Assembly: GCA_013115145.1 (NCBI GenBank)
Contig: JAAPAO010000056.1
Location: 35,718-99,717, forward strand
Length of the DNA stretch: 64,000 nucleotides
Origin: Perkinsus chesapeaki ATCC PRA-425
Lineage: Eukaryota > Protista > Perkinsozoa
Direction: 5' to 3'
The notes under the pieces are model-generated. The model saw only the letters and a list, made by a program, of their open reading frames with translations. It made no database searches and had not been told where the DNA came from. The translations under genes and the position numbers were made by a program. Below, piece after piece: positions 1 to 11,988 of the stretch (the stretch's first letter is position 1; each line of letters begins with the position of its first letter).

Positions 1-1989
1 ATATAACTGCATGGTCGTCAAGAACTGAACAATTTATTTCTGAGCGTGTCCGTATCTTACTGAGCATCCCGTAGAATTTCGGCGCCCTCGGATTCACAAA
101 TGTGCTTCATGCGCCTACGAATAGGGGTACAGAGGCAGATATCCACTTCAGGCCGTCATGGACCGCGGTTTCCACTCGGCTTGTCGTCGATTGCTAGGGA
201 TCGCCGATTGCTTATGCTGAGTAATTTCTGGCGGTTCCGGCAATCCGGCTTGGTATTTGTGTCGCTTGTACTCAGCCGAGGCTGTGACAGCATCGTTGTC
301 TATCCCCGAATTTCGTCAACCAGTTACGTTTCGGCCCGAGACTTCTGGGTTAAGATTTCCCGCATGTGGCCTGGTGTTGCCGCCGAAGCGAGTAGCTAAA
401 AGCGAGAAGAACCAGATTCGGCTGTCGCCCTTCACAGAGGGTCAGTGAGCTACGGGGGTGTTTTTCCTGACGTGATCGGAGAACCCTTCTCCTCCTGCCT
501 CTCCACCGCTTGACCTGGCGTGTTTCCAGAAATGCAAAAGTGTGTTGAGGTCCTGAGCTCATGTGCAGAGGTTTTGTACGTAGGGAGTGCGCTATACGAC
601 CTTTGTGAGTCGTGAATCGTGACTATGACAGCCGGTCAAGCATGTCATAGTCACGGTTTGCGACTACCTGTCAGTGACAGGTGCTTCGGGCGTGGTTGCA
701 AGCGCCGTAGAAATTTTCAGTTATGCCGCTGGGCAGTGATGGATATGATGGTTGAGTCGCATCCGAACCTTGGAAGCCTCGAGCTTCCTTTTGGAGGAAT
801 CCTCCAAGTAGTGCAATATACGGTCTATGGTGCTCCGTGTTTTGGTGCAGCAATTTCTTCTTTTTTGTTCGACAGGCATTGCCTGATGAATCCTACTTAT
901 CTGTCGGTGATCTCTAGATGTTACAAGTAGAGCAACAGCACTACCAGAGCTTCCAGCCCAAGCATGACCCAAGGCCAGGTTTTCCTGGTTAAATTTGGAT
1001 GGCGTTGGGCTTCGGCCAGTCCTTAAAGTTTCGTACCAGATTGATGAGAATATACTAGTAGCTTGATAGATCTTAGCGTCCTCGAGCCTGGGACCTTGAG
1101 AGAACTTGGGAAGTAACCATATTTTATCTCGAGGAATTGGGACAGTCATACTCTTTTACCGGAGGGCGACAAATTGGCTCCAGTAAGGCGTCCGAAGCTA
1201 CGTTTGCATAGGCTCGGACCTAGCTTTTCTTTAATGTCCACCATTAGCCCATTCAAAGCACGGGACGCTCACGGTAAACCACAGAGTTACGTGGAGCTTC
1301 TCAGTATGGCTGGGACAAGGCCAGCCCTCAACTGGACCGGACTCCAGGCCGTCGGGGGCGCACGACGGGAATATGATAGTGATGCCAGGTAACTCGACAT
1401 CGAATTGCCGAGCAAGTATCAGCAGATTGTAGGTCTTACGTTTTATCGTTGATGCCTAAGAGTTGCGACTGGGGGAAGAAACCAGTAGTCGGATATCCTC
1501 CTCAACAAACGAAGTCTACCCGCACGTCAAACAGCGCCATGCAGACGGGAATGCTACTGCCTTCACGAATGCCAGTAGTACTTCTGCAGGTCAGTATTCT
1601 ACGCTTGGGACACATCTCACAAGTTTACGTCGGTAAGGTTCGTCCTATCGCAGATCCAGAGCAACATTCGGGCAGTCAAGGAGTGTTAGCTCACCATCAA
1701 CCCATAACCGTATCCCTTATTGTTCGCCTTAATACTAAACGGAGGTCACCTTGGAACCTATATCTCCTTCGCATAAGCTGCAGTAACCGTGCAGGTTGAG
1801 TATCATCTGCAGCACCGCCTTCCGTGAGAAGGCGCATCTCTCCCAGAAATCCAAGGTCGCCAGCACGAACAGCACCAGCCTGCAGTACGTGGCAGTTGCT
1901 TTTTGACGATAACTACTTCGAAATGGCTTTACACGGCCACTCAAGAGCGTTGTGGCCAATAGAATAGGACGATGGCACGAGCCTGTTTG

Positions 1990-2594
1990 TTAGGGTTGCT
2001 CTCTCTGAAGTCACAAGTCTTCGCACATGGGGTAACATATTCATTGACCTCGGCGCCTTGTGCAACTGGCACTTGAACAACCGTGAGAATTATGAAGCAC
2101 TAGAGAATATATGCCTTTCGGGCCCATGCCTGGTAAGTGTACGTAAATAATGACTGTGACACGTTGATACGGTATGATACATATGATATAGGCGATCCTG
2201 TCATCTAATTCGGACTGCAGGTACGGAGAGTGGCAATGTGTCAGACTATTCCCAGGGAGCTCAACCGCGAGACAATTGAACTGCCTTCCAGTCTGGCATT
2301 CCACACAGGTGAAGGAGAGCCCACGTGCCAGATGGCAGTATGGCACATGCATGCTCTAATTCATTTCAGCTACTCCGGTATCAACTATACAAATTGGCGT
2401 ACCGTGTTCGAAAGAGCAAGCACGCCCCAGGAACCCCGCGGTTCCTTCCCACAGACTGGAGGACCGAAGAAAAAATTCAGGCCCCGAAGAGCGCCACGGA
2501 ACTTTATCTCTACAAGTTTCTGGGGGGCCGGCTGCTAGGGCTTGCATCCGGAGCGGGAAGGCTCCGCAGGGCAGCTCTCGAATTCAAGAAATAA
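1990..2594 (+). CDS. 3' exons of a multi-exon hypothetical protein (further exons probably upstream, to about 600)
   Basis: GT-AG introns 2133-2191 and 2309-2369 join an open frame (TWGNIFIDLGALCNW...LYKFLGGRLLGL...LEFKK*) ending at TAA 2592-2594. No family recognised. Confidence 0.45.
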
Positions 2595-3931
2595 TGAACA
2601 ACATGGAGAACTCCACAATAAGATATGGGCGGGACAGTTCGACACTACTGGACGCCTGCAGATACCGATCCGAACATACAAATCCCGCTGAGCCACGCGC
2701 CGCGGGAAATACGCCACATTCTGGAGTGAGGCGAGGGATACTAAATGATAATGCAACACCTAAAGTTCACAGACATGTTGGAGGGGAAATGCAGATATCG
2801 ACTGAGCAGGAGGCGAGTGTGGGGACATCAACGGCACCGCTGGTGCGGACTCGGGACGCCGCAACGTCATTATTTTCTAATAGTGGATCTGGTCAGCTCT
2901 TGGAAAGCATTGAACAAAGCAGTGGCTCAAGTGGCCGGGATTCGGTTGCTGGAACGCCACCACGGGCTACACCGAAGTCTACGCGATCGCCAATTGACCC
3001 CAATATTACCGCGGACTACAACACCGTTGATGAGGAGGCATCGAAGTTCGTTCATGGCTACAAGAAAACAGACAGTCTCACAAAGAGTGCATTCAATGGA
3101 ACAGCTGGGAAAACATCACAGGTTCGAGACACCATAGAAGCAACTGGCGGTGAGAGTGAGGAAATAAAACCACGTGAGGGTACCGCAGATGAATCAAGTG
3201 AAGTGTCGGTAGAGCAGCATGAAGGCAAGGTGATGACATGCAACACTGCAGAGAGCGAACGACAAAACAACCAAGAGACTACCGTTGTTGTACTATTTGG
3301 GAAGTGTGGGCAGCCAGAAATACACGCGGGCACCTCGGATACAATTAAAAGGGATGTCGAAGAAGCCGAATTGCACGAAGGTAGCGTAGATGGTGGTCAT
3401 ACCGACGAGAAGGGTTTAAATCACAACAGCTGTTGCGATAATGACTGCGAGATAGAGGATGAAGAATCTAACCTTGAAGATGCTCCACAAGTGGTTGAGT
3501 GGATACCCGCCTCATCTGGTGCACAGTGCATGATCGATCCCAACTCCACCGTAAAAGAGCGTATTCCTGTAGAACGGATTCCCGAGTCTCCCCGAGCATC
3601 TGGAAAAGTACGTGTCCCGAAGATCGCAGAAGAGCCAGAGAGCGACACGCGAGACGGTCGCTCCACAATGACGGACATCGCACAAGCTTCAGCCAGGCAG
3701 GGTCCTTCGCAAGGAGCAGTTCTTTGGAAGGCTCACGCTCGCGAGTCCATCCACATTGAAGCCTCGTCAAGTTCGAGCAGCGAAGATCTGAAATGTATTG
3801 ACGATTTATTTGCATCACTTCATGCGGCTATGCGTGCAATCGATGGATTCGAGAATAAGAGCCCCAGTCGCGCCCTTCGCGAAAGCGATGGAAATGTTAG
3901 ATTCTCTTTGAGCAGCTGCGAGGGAATTTGA
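2594..3931 (+). CDS. Hypothetical 445-aa acidic, Ser/Glu-rich, probably disordered protein
   Basis: 1338-nt uninterrupted ORF with low-complexity composition; no domain recognised. Confidence 0.55.
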   Translation: MNNMENSTIRYGRDSSTLLDACRYRSEHTNPAEPRAAGNTPHSGVRRGILNDNATPKVHRHVGGEMQISTEQEASVGTSTAPLVRTRDAATSLFSNSGSGQLLESIEQSSGSSGRDSVAGTPPRATPKSTRSPIDPNITADYNTVDEEASKFVHGYKKTDSLTKSAFNGTAGKTSQVRDTIEATGGESEEIKPREGTADESSEVSVEQHEGKVMTCNTAESERQNNQETTVVVLFGKCGQPEIHAGTSDTIKRDVEEAELHEGSVDGGHTDEKGLNHNSCCDNDCEIEDEESNLEDAPQVVEWIPASSGAQCMIDPNSTVKERIPVERIPESPRASGKVRVPKIAEEPESDTRDGRSTMTDIAQASARQGPSQGAVLWKAHARESIHIEASSSSSSEDLKCIDDLFASLHAAMRAIDGFENKSPSRALRESDGNVRFSLSSCEGI

Positions 3932-4619
3932 TGCAGATCGCTGCCGAATGTAGCAAAAGTTTACCGTCAACCTTTGGATGTTGAGCTCAGAGTTGCCGGA
4001 AGTATAATATTGGTTAACAGTATAAATTGGTGAGACCGTCTCACTGAGTCGCACTACGTTCTAACTTTAACCCGTGAGATTTCCGTTCCCTGTATTATAG
4101 CGAAGCCCAGTCGGCATATTGGATCGCAGACTGCGACTCGCAGTTTCGTTTAGGTCAGTTTACTGGCAGTAAACAAACTTGTCCCACCATTTTGGACGCC
4201 AATTTCGATCCCCGGGACTACAATCTGTTCAGCTTTGACAGTAAGCAAAGTTTGCTTAAACTACGGATTCATTGTAGTAGCTGTAGTCCAACGTCTTCAA
4301 ATGCTCTACATTAACGACTTCGTTGATGAGCATGACAGGGGCATAAAGATGAAACACGAGGGTCTCATACCAACCGCCTCTGACTGAGTGGCAGTACATG
4401 CGCACCTGAAAGACTACTTCCCCCGTCGTTGTTGAAAGATTGACAATGAAGACGAACAGAATAGTTGGAAAAGTCATGCCTGGAATAAGCCTGGACAAGA
4501 AAGTCCACAGAGTTGAAAGCATTAGTATCTAGTCAGCAACCTAATAGCTTCAGGAATTATAGCTATAATAGAATACAGCTTAGCGCTTTATTAGGTAACA
4601 GACTGTTACAGTCAATCGC

Positions 4620-5512
4620 GCAATAAATCACCATAGCAATAGCACAGCCGCCTCCTCAGAATCAAATATACAATGATTGATGCCATAACCAAATATATCT
4701 CGAACCACTTCGAGAAACTTGAGATATGTTTGTTTCTCCTTGTTAGGAAGAACGACAAGAATAACAGGAATCATTCTACCAGAATAATGTCTCTATAAAA
4801 TAGTATATTGTTGATACCAAAACGTAGGCGCTTTCTCGAAAGTTCCATCACCGAAATATGTATTTCCGGAGTTGACGACACGACACTATCGACAGTATTT
4901 TGATCACACCAGACTAAAATCCGGTCTGCATCCTCGGATCCGGAATCGAATACAAGAGTCTGACGGATCTCAGAACCCAAGAAAGCACAAGAGTATCTTT
5001 CCGGGATGTCGAAACCACAGCGAGACTTCGGATTTAGAGGGGCGTCCAAAACTCTCAACTCGTACTGCACCAGCCTTTCAATCACAGAAACTGATTTACC
5101 CAATTCGACCACATGTGGCTCAGGCACTAGACCCCACAGAGGTCACCTCATCGTATGCATCACACGGCTTCCTCTCAGACTGAGATACTGAGAGTCTCAG
5201 TATCCGACGCAACCAGTGCTTCATTCACATGAATCATTACCACTCTTGCCAATGCATTACACGGACCACATGAGTGACGAACAATCTTCACGGCATTGTT
5301 CACCACCAGGAGGAGCCGTTCAGGCTGCCGGCAACCACTAGCCTGCCCTTGTAGTCCGGAAAGGCTGCTTTTTGGCTGCCTTTGAGGGCACAGCGCCAGT
5401 TGCTCACTTGCTTCTCGGCATCATACCTGTCCTTTCGATAGGTGTATCCATTATAGATGATCATGGGGTAACCACAATTGGTAGGAGCGAAGTGAAGTCT
5501 GTGATCTGTCAT
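4620..5512 (-). mobile_element. Decayed FLYWCH + MULE (Mutator-like) transposase
   Basis: FLYWCH-like GYPMIIYNGYTYRKD...WRC...GRL (5300-5512), then VFDSGSEDADRILVW. After a frameshift near 4860: YFGDGTFEKAPTFWYQQYTIL*...MIPVILVVLPNKEKQTY...CIFDSE. These match the MULE DGTF, QLYTI, LPNK and DFE motifs. Frameshifts and an in-frame stop are present; no terminal inverted repeats found by eye. Confidence 0.85.
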
Positions 5513-6352
5513 GGCTTACTGCGAGAGATTGCAGAAAAAACAACACTACCTAGACCATATATGAATACAGGCTGTATTATACAGGTTATTTCCCCAGTGG
5601 GGAAACCCCACATTAAATTTTGCGAATGAAATAATAAATACGCAAAGATTTTATTGCGGCAAGTATGTTTGACATACTATTATGGCTATTATGTTACTAT
5701 GACCAGCATATTAACCTACTAGCACACAACGGCGTGATACAAAATCCCATACCCTGATAAAGCCTATTCACTGGTCTAATGTATGCCTATATATATATCG
5801 ATGTCTATCTTGTGCCGCTGATATATTGATATGTTAAGCGGCATCTGTCTGTCACGAATCGATCCGCTTAAATCAGAAGATTTACCCATGTACTCGTAAG
5901 CGATATTACAGTTCGAAAATAAAAGTTAGCGGTTAGGGTTAGACCACCGGAAATTTTCTAAAGCTTGGATTTGGAGTTACCCACAAATTTCTGATCGATG
6001 TTAAGAATCATATTCGACCGAAAACTCATTAAGATCGTCGTTTTGACCAGTCGGCATCTTTCAGAGTTCCTTCCGCAAACACTGGGAAACTCAACATTAT
6101 TTGACTAGTGGCGTGCCTGAAACCATCAACTGCTATACCTAACATCCCTGTGATATACAATTCCTACTACACAATAACACGAGGATAATAGAGAGCAGGA
6201 GATTGAAGAGAAACAGAAACGGCAATGATGCAGGAACAGCCAATGCTAGATACGACGAAGTGTACCAAATTCACAGAGATGAACACTCGGCTTGCGAGGG
6301 GTTTGACGGACTACTGGGGACAAAGACTAGATAAAGGAATAGAGAATATGGC

Positions 6353-7976
6353 CTAGAAAGTAACAATAGACTCATAACCACCCACTACGATCATCAATAC
6401 ACTCAAGGCCATCATGGCGAAGAGAATAGTAAGCTCTATCCTACTGGACTTCCACACAGTCATAAACGAACCTTCATTGAGGACACGCATTCTTATATAG
6501 AAGATACCAGGAAGTATGCCTGCCATAGCTGTCATAGTGAAAACACTTAGCAGGTCTATGAGCTTCTGGACACTAGGAACAACAATAGCGATAACAAGAG
6601 TAATCAACACTAGTATAGTGCGTACAGTGATACGCTTGATAGTCGGTACCATTCCCTTGGCCTCCTCTGGGTCATCTACCCGGTATGGAAGAAGTGGTAA
6701 TAACAGATACTCCAACGAGGCGGCGATAGGGAACAATAATACAATGTAATGAGGAAAGCATAGACATATAAGTGAAATGACACATGTGTATCCCCAACCA
6801 TCTAAACCTCCTGTAGGGGGTGCAATCCGATCAATAATGGGAACATTCACCAACGAGTTGCCGTAACCGAAATAGCCACATCCAGCAATGCCGCCGTAGA
6901 TCACAAAAATGCACAAGTACGAGACAGTGGCAACTTTCGGTAATGCACTTGGTGTTTTCATATCCCGAATGAGGGTAGCAAGCACGTTGGTGACATGGTA
7001 TGAGAGCATCGCATTGCCAAAGGAAACGCCGAATTCTAGAGGATTCCATATCCACCAGTCATAGTCGATCTCTTCATCGGTAGTGACTCCATTGGTGATA
7101 CCGTTGACAACGATAAGAATGAACAAGACAATAAGGGCCGCCATGCCGAATGCGGATACATAGGAAACTTCATTAAGCGATTTGAGCCATGTTAGAGGCC
7201 AGCAGATCGCTGCCCATATGCAGCACCACACCTTACTAGACAGACCAGCCATTGGAATTAACTTCTGAGTGTTTTCTCCCAACAGCAACAATAAAGTAGA
7301 GCAGCAACCAGTCATAGTAATATGAACTATTCCAGCAGTGAGAACAGCGCCTATGGGACCAAAGCATACATAACCAAGCTGTTCATAGGTGTTGATGGGT
7401 TCTCCTTTAGGGTGACTTGTATAAGCTACATAAATCTTTCCTACCATATGGTTGGATATTACAGCCACAATAAAGAGAATAAGTAAACCACCAAACCAGC
7501 CGCAGTTTGCGAATGTAGTAGGCAACATAATAACGCCAATGCCTAACAAAGATACATATCAAAACCACCTTTGAATGGGAGATGCTTACCAATTGCCGTT
7601 AGAATTAGATTAAATACAGATCTTATATTACTGCACTTCCCTTGAGGTGCCGTTGAAGGATTAGTAGTTTCTAGATCAGCAGAAGTAGCCTTAGAGGTAA
7701 CGTCGGTGGTGTCAGTATTGGCGGTGGTAGTAGTGGCACTAGTCTCAGAGAGTGTCACCTCCTGGGTGAATATCTCCGAATCGCTTGAAGCATGATGCTG
7801 TTTTTTGAAGTACCCAAGACACGTACCGGCCATACACAAAGAGAGGGGGAATCAGCGTTCCCACCGTTATTCGTCTCAACTAAAAAGTCAATATCATCTT
7901 CGAGCTCGCAAGAGACTCCTATGGCTCCAGAGCACAAAATGCCGCTAGCTCCAGAAGGTGGTGAAGGTGAACTCAA
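6353..7976 (-). CDS. AAAP-family amino-acid transporter (Aa_trans), tandem copy 1
   Basis: 398-aa multi-TM ORF plus 5' exon CSNIRSVFNLILTAIG joined by intron 7543-7589. The start is either 7976 (via a 29-nt intron 7798-7826) or about 7839. Confidence 0.9.
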
Positions 7977-8277
7977 GACGTGGGGTGGATATTAGCTATA
8001 GAAACGATACCTGATATCAAACTTGAAAGGAACGTCAGATGGTGCCCGCACGGCATCGTCTAGGCTATTCGCTAGCTAGCTGATAGGAGACATGAACTTT
8101 TAAGGAGTATAAACAGCAGTAGATAGGATTCGTCTTCAGTTCGTGAAGTCGAGGAAGTAAAATGCTTCGCTCAAATCGCCAGCACAGCGAATGATCTTCG
8201 TACTTGAAACGGAACAAGAGGCAGAACGTTCCGTCCCGGAACATGGGGGCCAGTTCTGCCATAAATGAGATTGAAGA

Positions 8278-9675
8278 TTAGAAATCAACAATCGACTTAT
8301 AACCACCGGCTCCCATAACTAATAGACAAAGGAGAGTGAGAGCACACAGAAGGCACATTTCCAGTCGATGAGCCTTCCATACAGCCTTCAATGAACCCTC
8401 GTTGTATACACGTATCTTTGTATAGAACAGAGCAGGGAGGACTCCAGCCATAGCGATCATGGTAAAGACACCCATAAGATTTATCAACTTGTCTACACTT
8501 GGAACGACAATAGCGATAACAAGGGTGATGGCTACCAGCACAGTGCGTGCTACGATTCTCTTTATGAGATCGCGCTTTGCCGTGCTATCGACATCGATGT
8601 TAACAGCGTACTCGAGAGAGGCAGCAATAGGCATGAGGATGACCAGATAATGAGGGAAGGCCAGTAGGAGCATGGCGATCACTGCAACGTAACCCCATGC
8701 ATCTAATGGCTGACCAGCCGGAGCAATACTGTTCATGATTGGAACTTCAATCAGATTCCGTCCATATCCGTAGTAACCACAAGCTCCAACGCCAACGTAG
8801 ATAACGAAGACGATCAGCAAGCCTGCCGATGCGGTCTTCGGGAAGGCTGATGGGGTGATCATCTCACGGATGAGGGTGGGTGTAGCACTAGCCATCTGGT
8901 AGGAGAGAATAGCGTTACCGAATGACACAGCCCAAGTGAGGGCGTCTCCGTTGAAGAGATCATACTGGATGACCTCATCAGTGGTGATACCGTTCTCGAT
9001 ACCTTTGGCGGCGATGATAATGAAAAGCGCAATGACGCCTATCAAACCAACCATCGCAACATAGGAAATCTCCTTTAGAGATCTCAACCAAGAAAGGGGG
9101 AGGCATATGCAAGCCCAAATGACGCACCATACAGTAACAGAGAGCTGCGGTGCTAGCTTTTGGGTGTTCTCGCCTAATAACAGAAGTAATGTGGCGCAAA
9201 CACCAGTCATAGTCACGTGCACTATAAGGGCGGTAACGATCTGGCCAACACGACCGTAGCAAACTCTGCCGAGCTCCTCGTATGTATTAATAGGATCACC
9301 TTTTGGATGATTCGTAACAGCTTGATACAACTTGCAGACCATATAGTCCGAGAGAGCGGCGGCGACAAATAAAACCAAAATACCACCGATCCAACCACAA
9401 GTGGCCATAACAGTAGGCAAAGTAATAACGCCCAAACCTGATAGGAAATTACCATAACAAGCGTACAAATGAGGAAAGCACTTACCGATAGCCGTGAGCA
9501 CAATGTTGACGATGGAACGAATGTTGGAACACTTATGGGAGTTGTCTTCCTCATTCGATTCTCCGGCGTTGGCCTTGGAATCAGACCAATCGCTGCTGGT
9601 AGTAGAGTCCTCTGAAAGATTTAAAGAAGCCATAGAGCCTTGGTGATGTTGTTGTTGCTTATCAGCGAGGCTCAT
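8278..9675 (-). CDS. AAAP-family amino-acid transporter, tandem copy 2
   Basis: Multi-TM ORF with TAIG|LGVITLP. The intron 9438-9485 is 48 nt, in-frame and stop-free. Likely ATG at 9675 (MSLADK). Confidence 0.92.
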   Translation of the reverse strand: MSLADKQQQHHQGSMASLNLSEDSTTSSDWSDSKANAGESNEEDNSHKCSNIRSIVNIVLTAIGKCFPHLYACYGNFLSGLGVITLPTVMATCGWIGGILVLFVAAALSDYMVCKLYQAVTNHPKGDPINTYEELGRVCYGRVGQIVTALIVHVTMTGVCATLLLLLGENTQKLAPQLSVTVWCVIWACICLPLSWLRSLKEISYVAMVGLIGVIALFIIIAAKGIENGITTDEVIQYDLFNGDALTWAVSFGNAILSYQMASATPTLIREMITPSAFPKTASAGLLIVFVIYVGVGACGYYGYGRNLIEVPIMNSIAPAGQPLDAWGYVAVIAMLLLAFPHYLVILMPIAASLEYAVNIDVDSTAKRDLIKRIVARTVLVAITLVIAIVVPSVDKLINLMGVFTMIAMAGVLPALFYTKIRVYNEGSLKAVWKAHRLEMCLLCALTLLCLLVMGAGGYKSIVDF

Positions 9676-10332
9676 ACGGCCACGAAGCAAAAGAAAAGAA
9701 GAAACGCTCAAACTGGAATGATAGCCCACTACTAACCAGAAGTTCTGGTCCAGAACGACAAGTGACATCTAGCCTGGACAAAACCATATCTGCTAGGAAG
9801 TTGACGACGGGAAAACACCAAACTTTGCCCCCGTGAGGTATTTATTGATTTTGCTATAAATGGCAAAACTTGTACGAGCGATTAGTGGGACACAGGTGCA
9901 CCAGTGGATCAGTCCCCTCAGAACATCAGGCCTAACGCGAGACGAATAATGGAGTAGAGTTAATGTAGGAAACGGTAGCTCAGAGGAAGGAGCATGAAAC
10001 CCGCACGGTAACACTCTCGATGGCTCAGAAAACCGAACCGGAAAAGGAACATTATGGTACGAGCAGCCCTCCTCTATGGCTAGCTACTCGAAGGATAACG
10101 TAAGAGGAGATGGAGGCTACACGCAGAAAGGGATTAGATAGGCTGCTATCGGCCCCGCTAGAGCTAACGAGATCTGAATGAACAGGAACAGAACTGTGAA
10201 CCGGGATCGCAAGGGACGCCGGCTCGAGAGTATATAACATAGGGATCTGGTTAGTTCTCCCTCGCGGAACTTATTAGCTGTTAAAAGACTTGGTCAAAGA
10301 ATGAGAATATCGAGGACGGCGGCCTTTTCGCC

Positions 10333-11741
10333 TTAGAAGTTAACAATAGCGACGTAGCCTCCTGCTCCCATTAGTAGTAGGCAGAGGAGGGTTAAGATAA
10401 GCATAGTAGACATTTCAATCCAGTTGGACTTAATCACAGCCATTAGAGATCCTTTATTCAGGACTTTCATCCTAACATAGAAGAGGGCAGGCAGAATAGC
10501 AGCCATAGCGATAACGGTGAAGACGCTCATAAGGTCGATAAGGTTGTTTACACTAGGAACAGTAATAGCGATAACAAGGGTGATAGCCACCAGAAAAGTT
10601 CTAGCCAGCGCTCTCTTAATGAAGTCGCGCTTTGACGAGCTGTTAATATCCACCTTAATAACGTACTCAAGTGAGGCAGCAATAGGCATTAGTAGGACGA
10701 GATAGTGGGGGAAGGCCAGAGCTAACATGGATATCACCAGAGCATAGCCCCAAGCATTCAGAGGCTCATCGGCTGGTGCAATGCTGTCGAGAATCGGCAC
10801 TTCGATAAGGTCCCGTCCGTAGCCGTAGTAGCCACATGCTCCTACACCAACATAGATAGCAAACACTATGAAGAAACTCACAGTTGCAACCTTGGGAAAG
10901 GCCGACGGGGTCTTCATTTCTCGTAGCAGATTAGGAGTGGCACTGGCTATCTGGTAGGAGAGAACCGCGTTACCTATCGATATAGCCCAATTGAGGGGGT
11001 CATTGCTGATAAGGTCGTACTGGATGTCCTCATCAGTGGTGATGCCGTTCTCGATACCTTTGGCGGCGATGATAATGAAAACGGCAATGATGCCGAGGAG
11101 GCCAACCAGCGCAACATAGGACAAATCCTTCAGAGATCGAATCCACGACAGAGGCGTGCAGACGGCAGCCCAGATGACGCACCATACAGTAACAGAGAGC
11201 TGCGGTGCTAGCTTTTGGGTGTTCTCGCCTAGTAACAGAAGTAGCGTGGAGCAAACACCAATCATAGTGACGTGCACTATAAGGGCGGTAACGATCTGGC
11301 CAACACGACCGTAGCAAACTCTGCCGAGCTCTTCGTAGGTATTAATAGGATCACCTTTTGGATGATTCGTAACAGCTTGATACAACTTCCAGACCATATA
11401 GTCCGAGAGAGCGGCACCAAAGAATAGGACAATAACGCCACCGATCCAGCCACACTTCGCCATGACGGTCGGGAGGGTGATGACGCCCAAACCTGAAATA
11501 AAACGAAATCGAACCCGATACCTCGCGCAAGAAAGTCCAACGACTAAACCACTACGCCGTTCATCTTACCGATAGCTGTGAGAATGATATTCAAAATTGA
11601 TCGAAGGTTAGAGCATTTTCCCTCATCAGGATCGTCCATCACGGGAATGCTAGGCTTGCTGTCCAGGCTGTCCTCCTCAGCTACTGAGGATGCAGTCCGA
11701 ATAGTAGTAGTAGGAGAGTCAGATAGATTCATCTGGCTCAT
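10333..11741 (-). CDS. AAAP-family amino-acid transporter, tandem copy 3
   Basis: 385-aa ORF plus 5' exon (MSQMNLSD...CSNLRSILNIILTAIG) joined by intron 11493-11569. Confidence 0.92.
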
Positions 11742-11988
11742 TATGGCCGTTAATAAGAACAACTACCGATATCTACTTCGCAAATGCACTGCAACGCAAC
11801 AACATCCTAATTTGATAAAACCTATAATTGTCGGGCCTCCACGTGGTACCGATTGCACCGAAGTTATAGCAGACAGAAAGATACGATCTTGGGTAATGTA
11901 TAAGGCCTAGTGGAGGTTTCGGAAACATATTGGAGAAGCGTGTTGACGCTACCAGTAATACGGGTTAGAACATTCTAGGGAATCGGAC

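Noticed and set aside
5930-5945. ttagggtta as a telomeric seed or MULE terminus
   Set aside because: Single unit with no matching inverted end found.
8278-9768. 496-aa ORF-track product as the true protein
   Set aside because: It includes upstream non-coding codons and the in-frame 48-nt intron.
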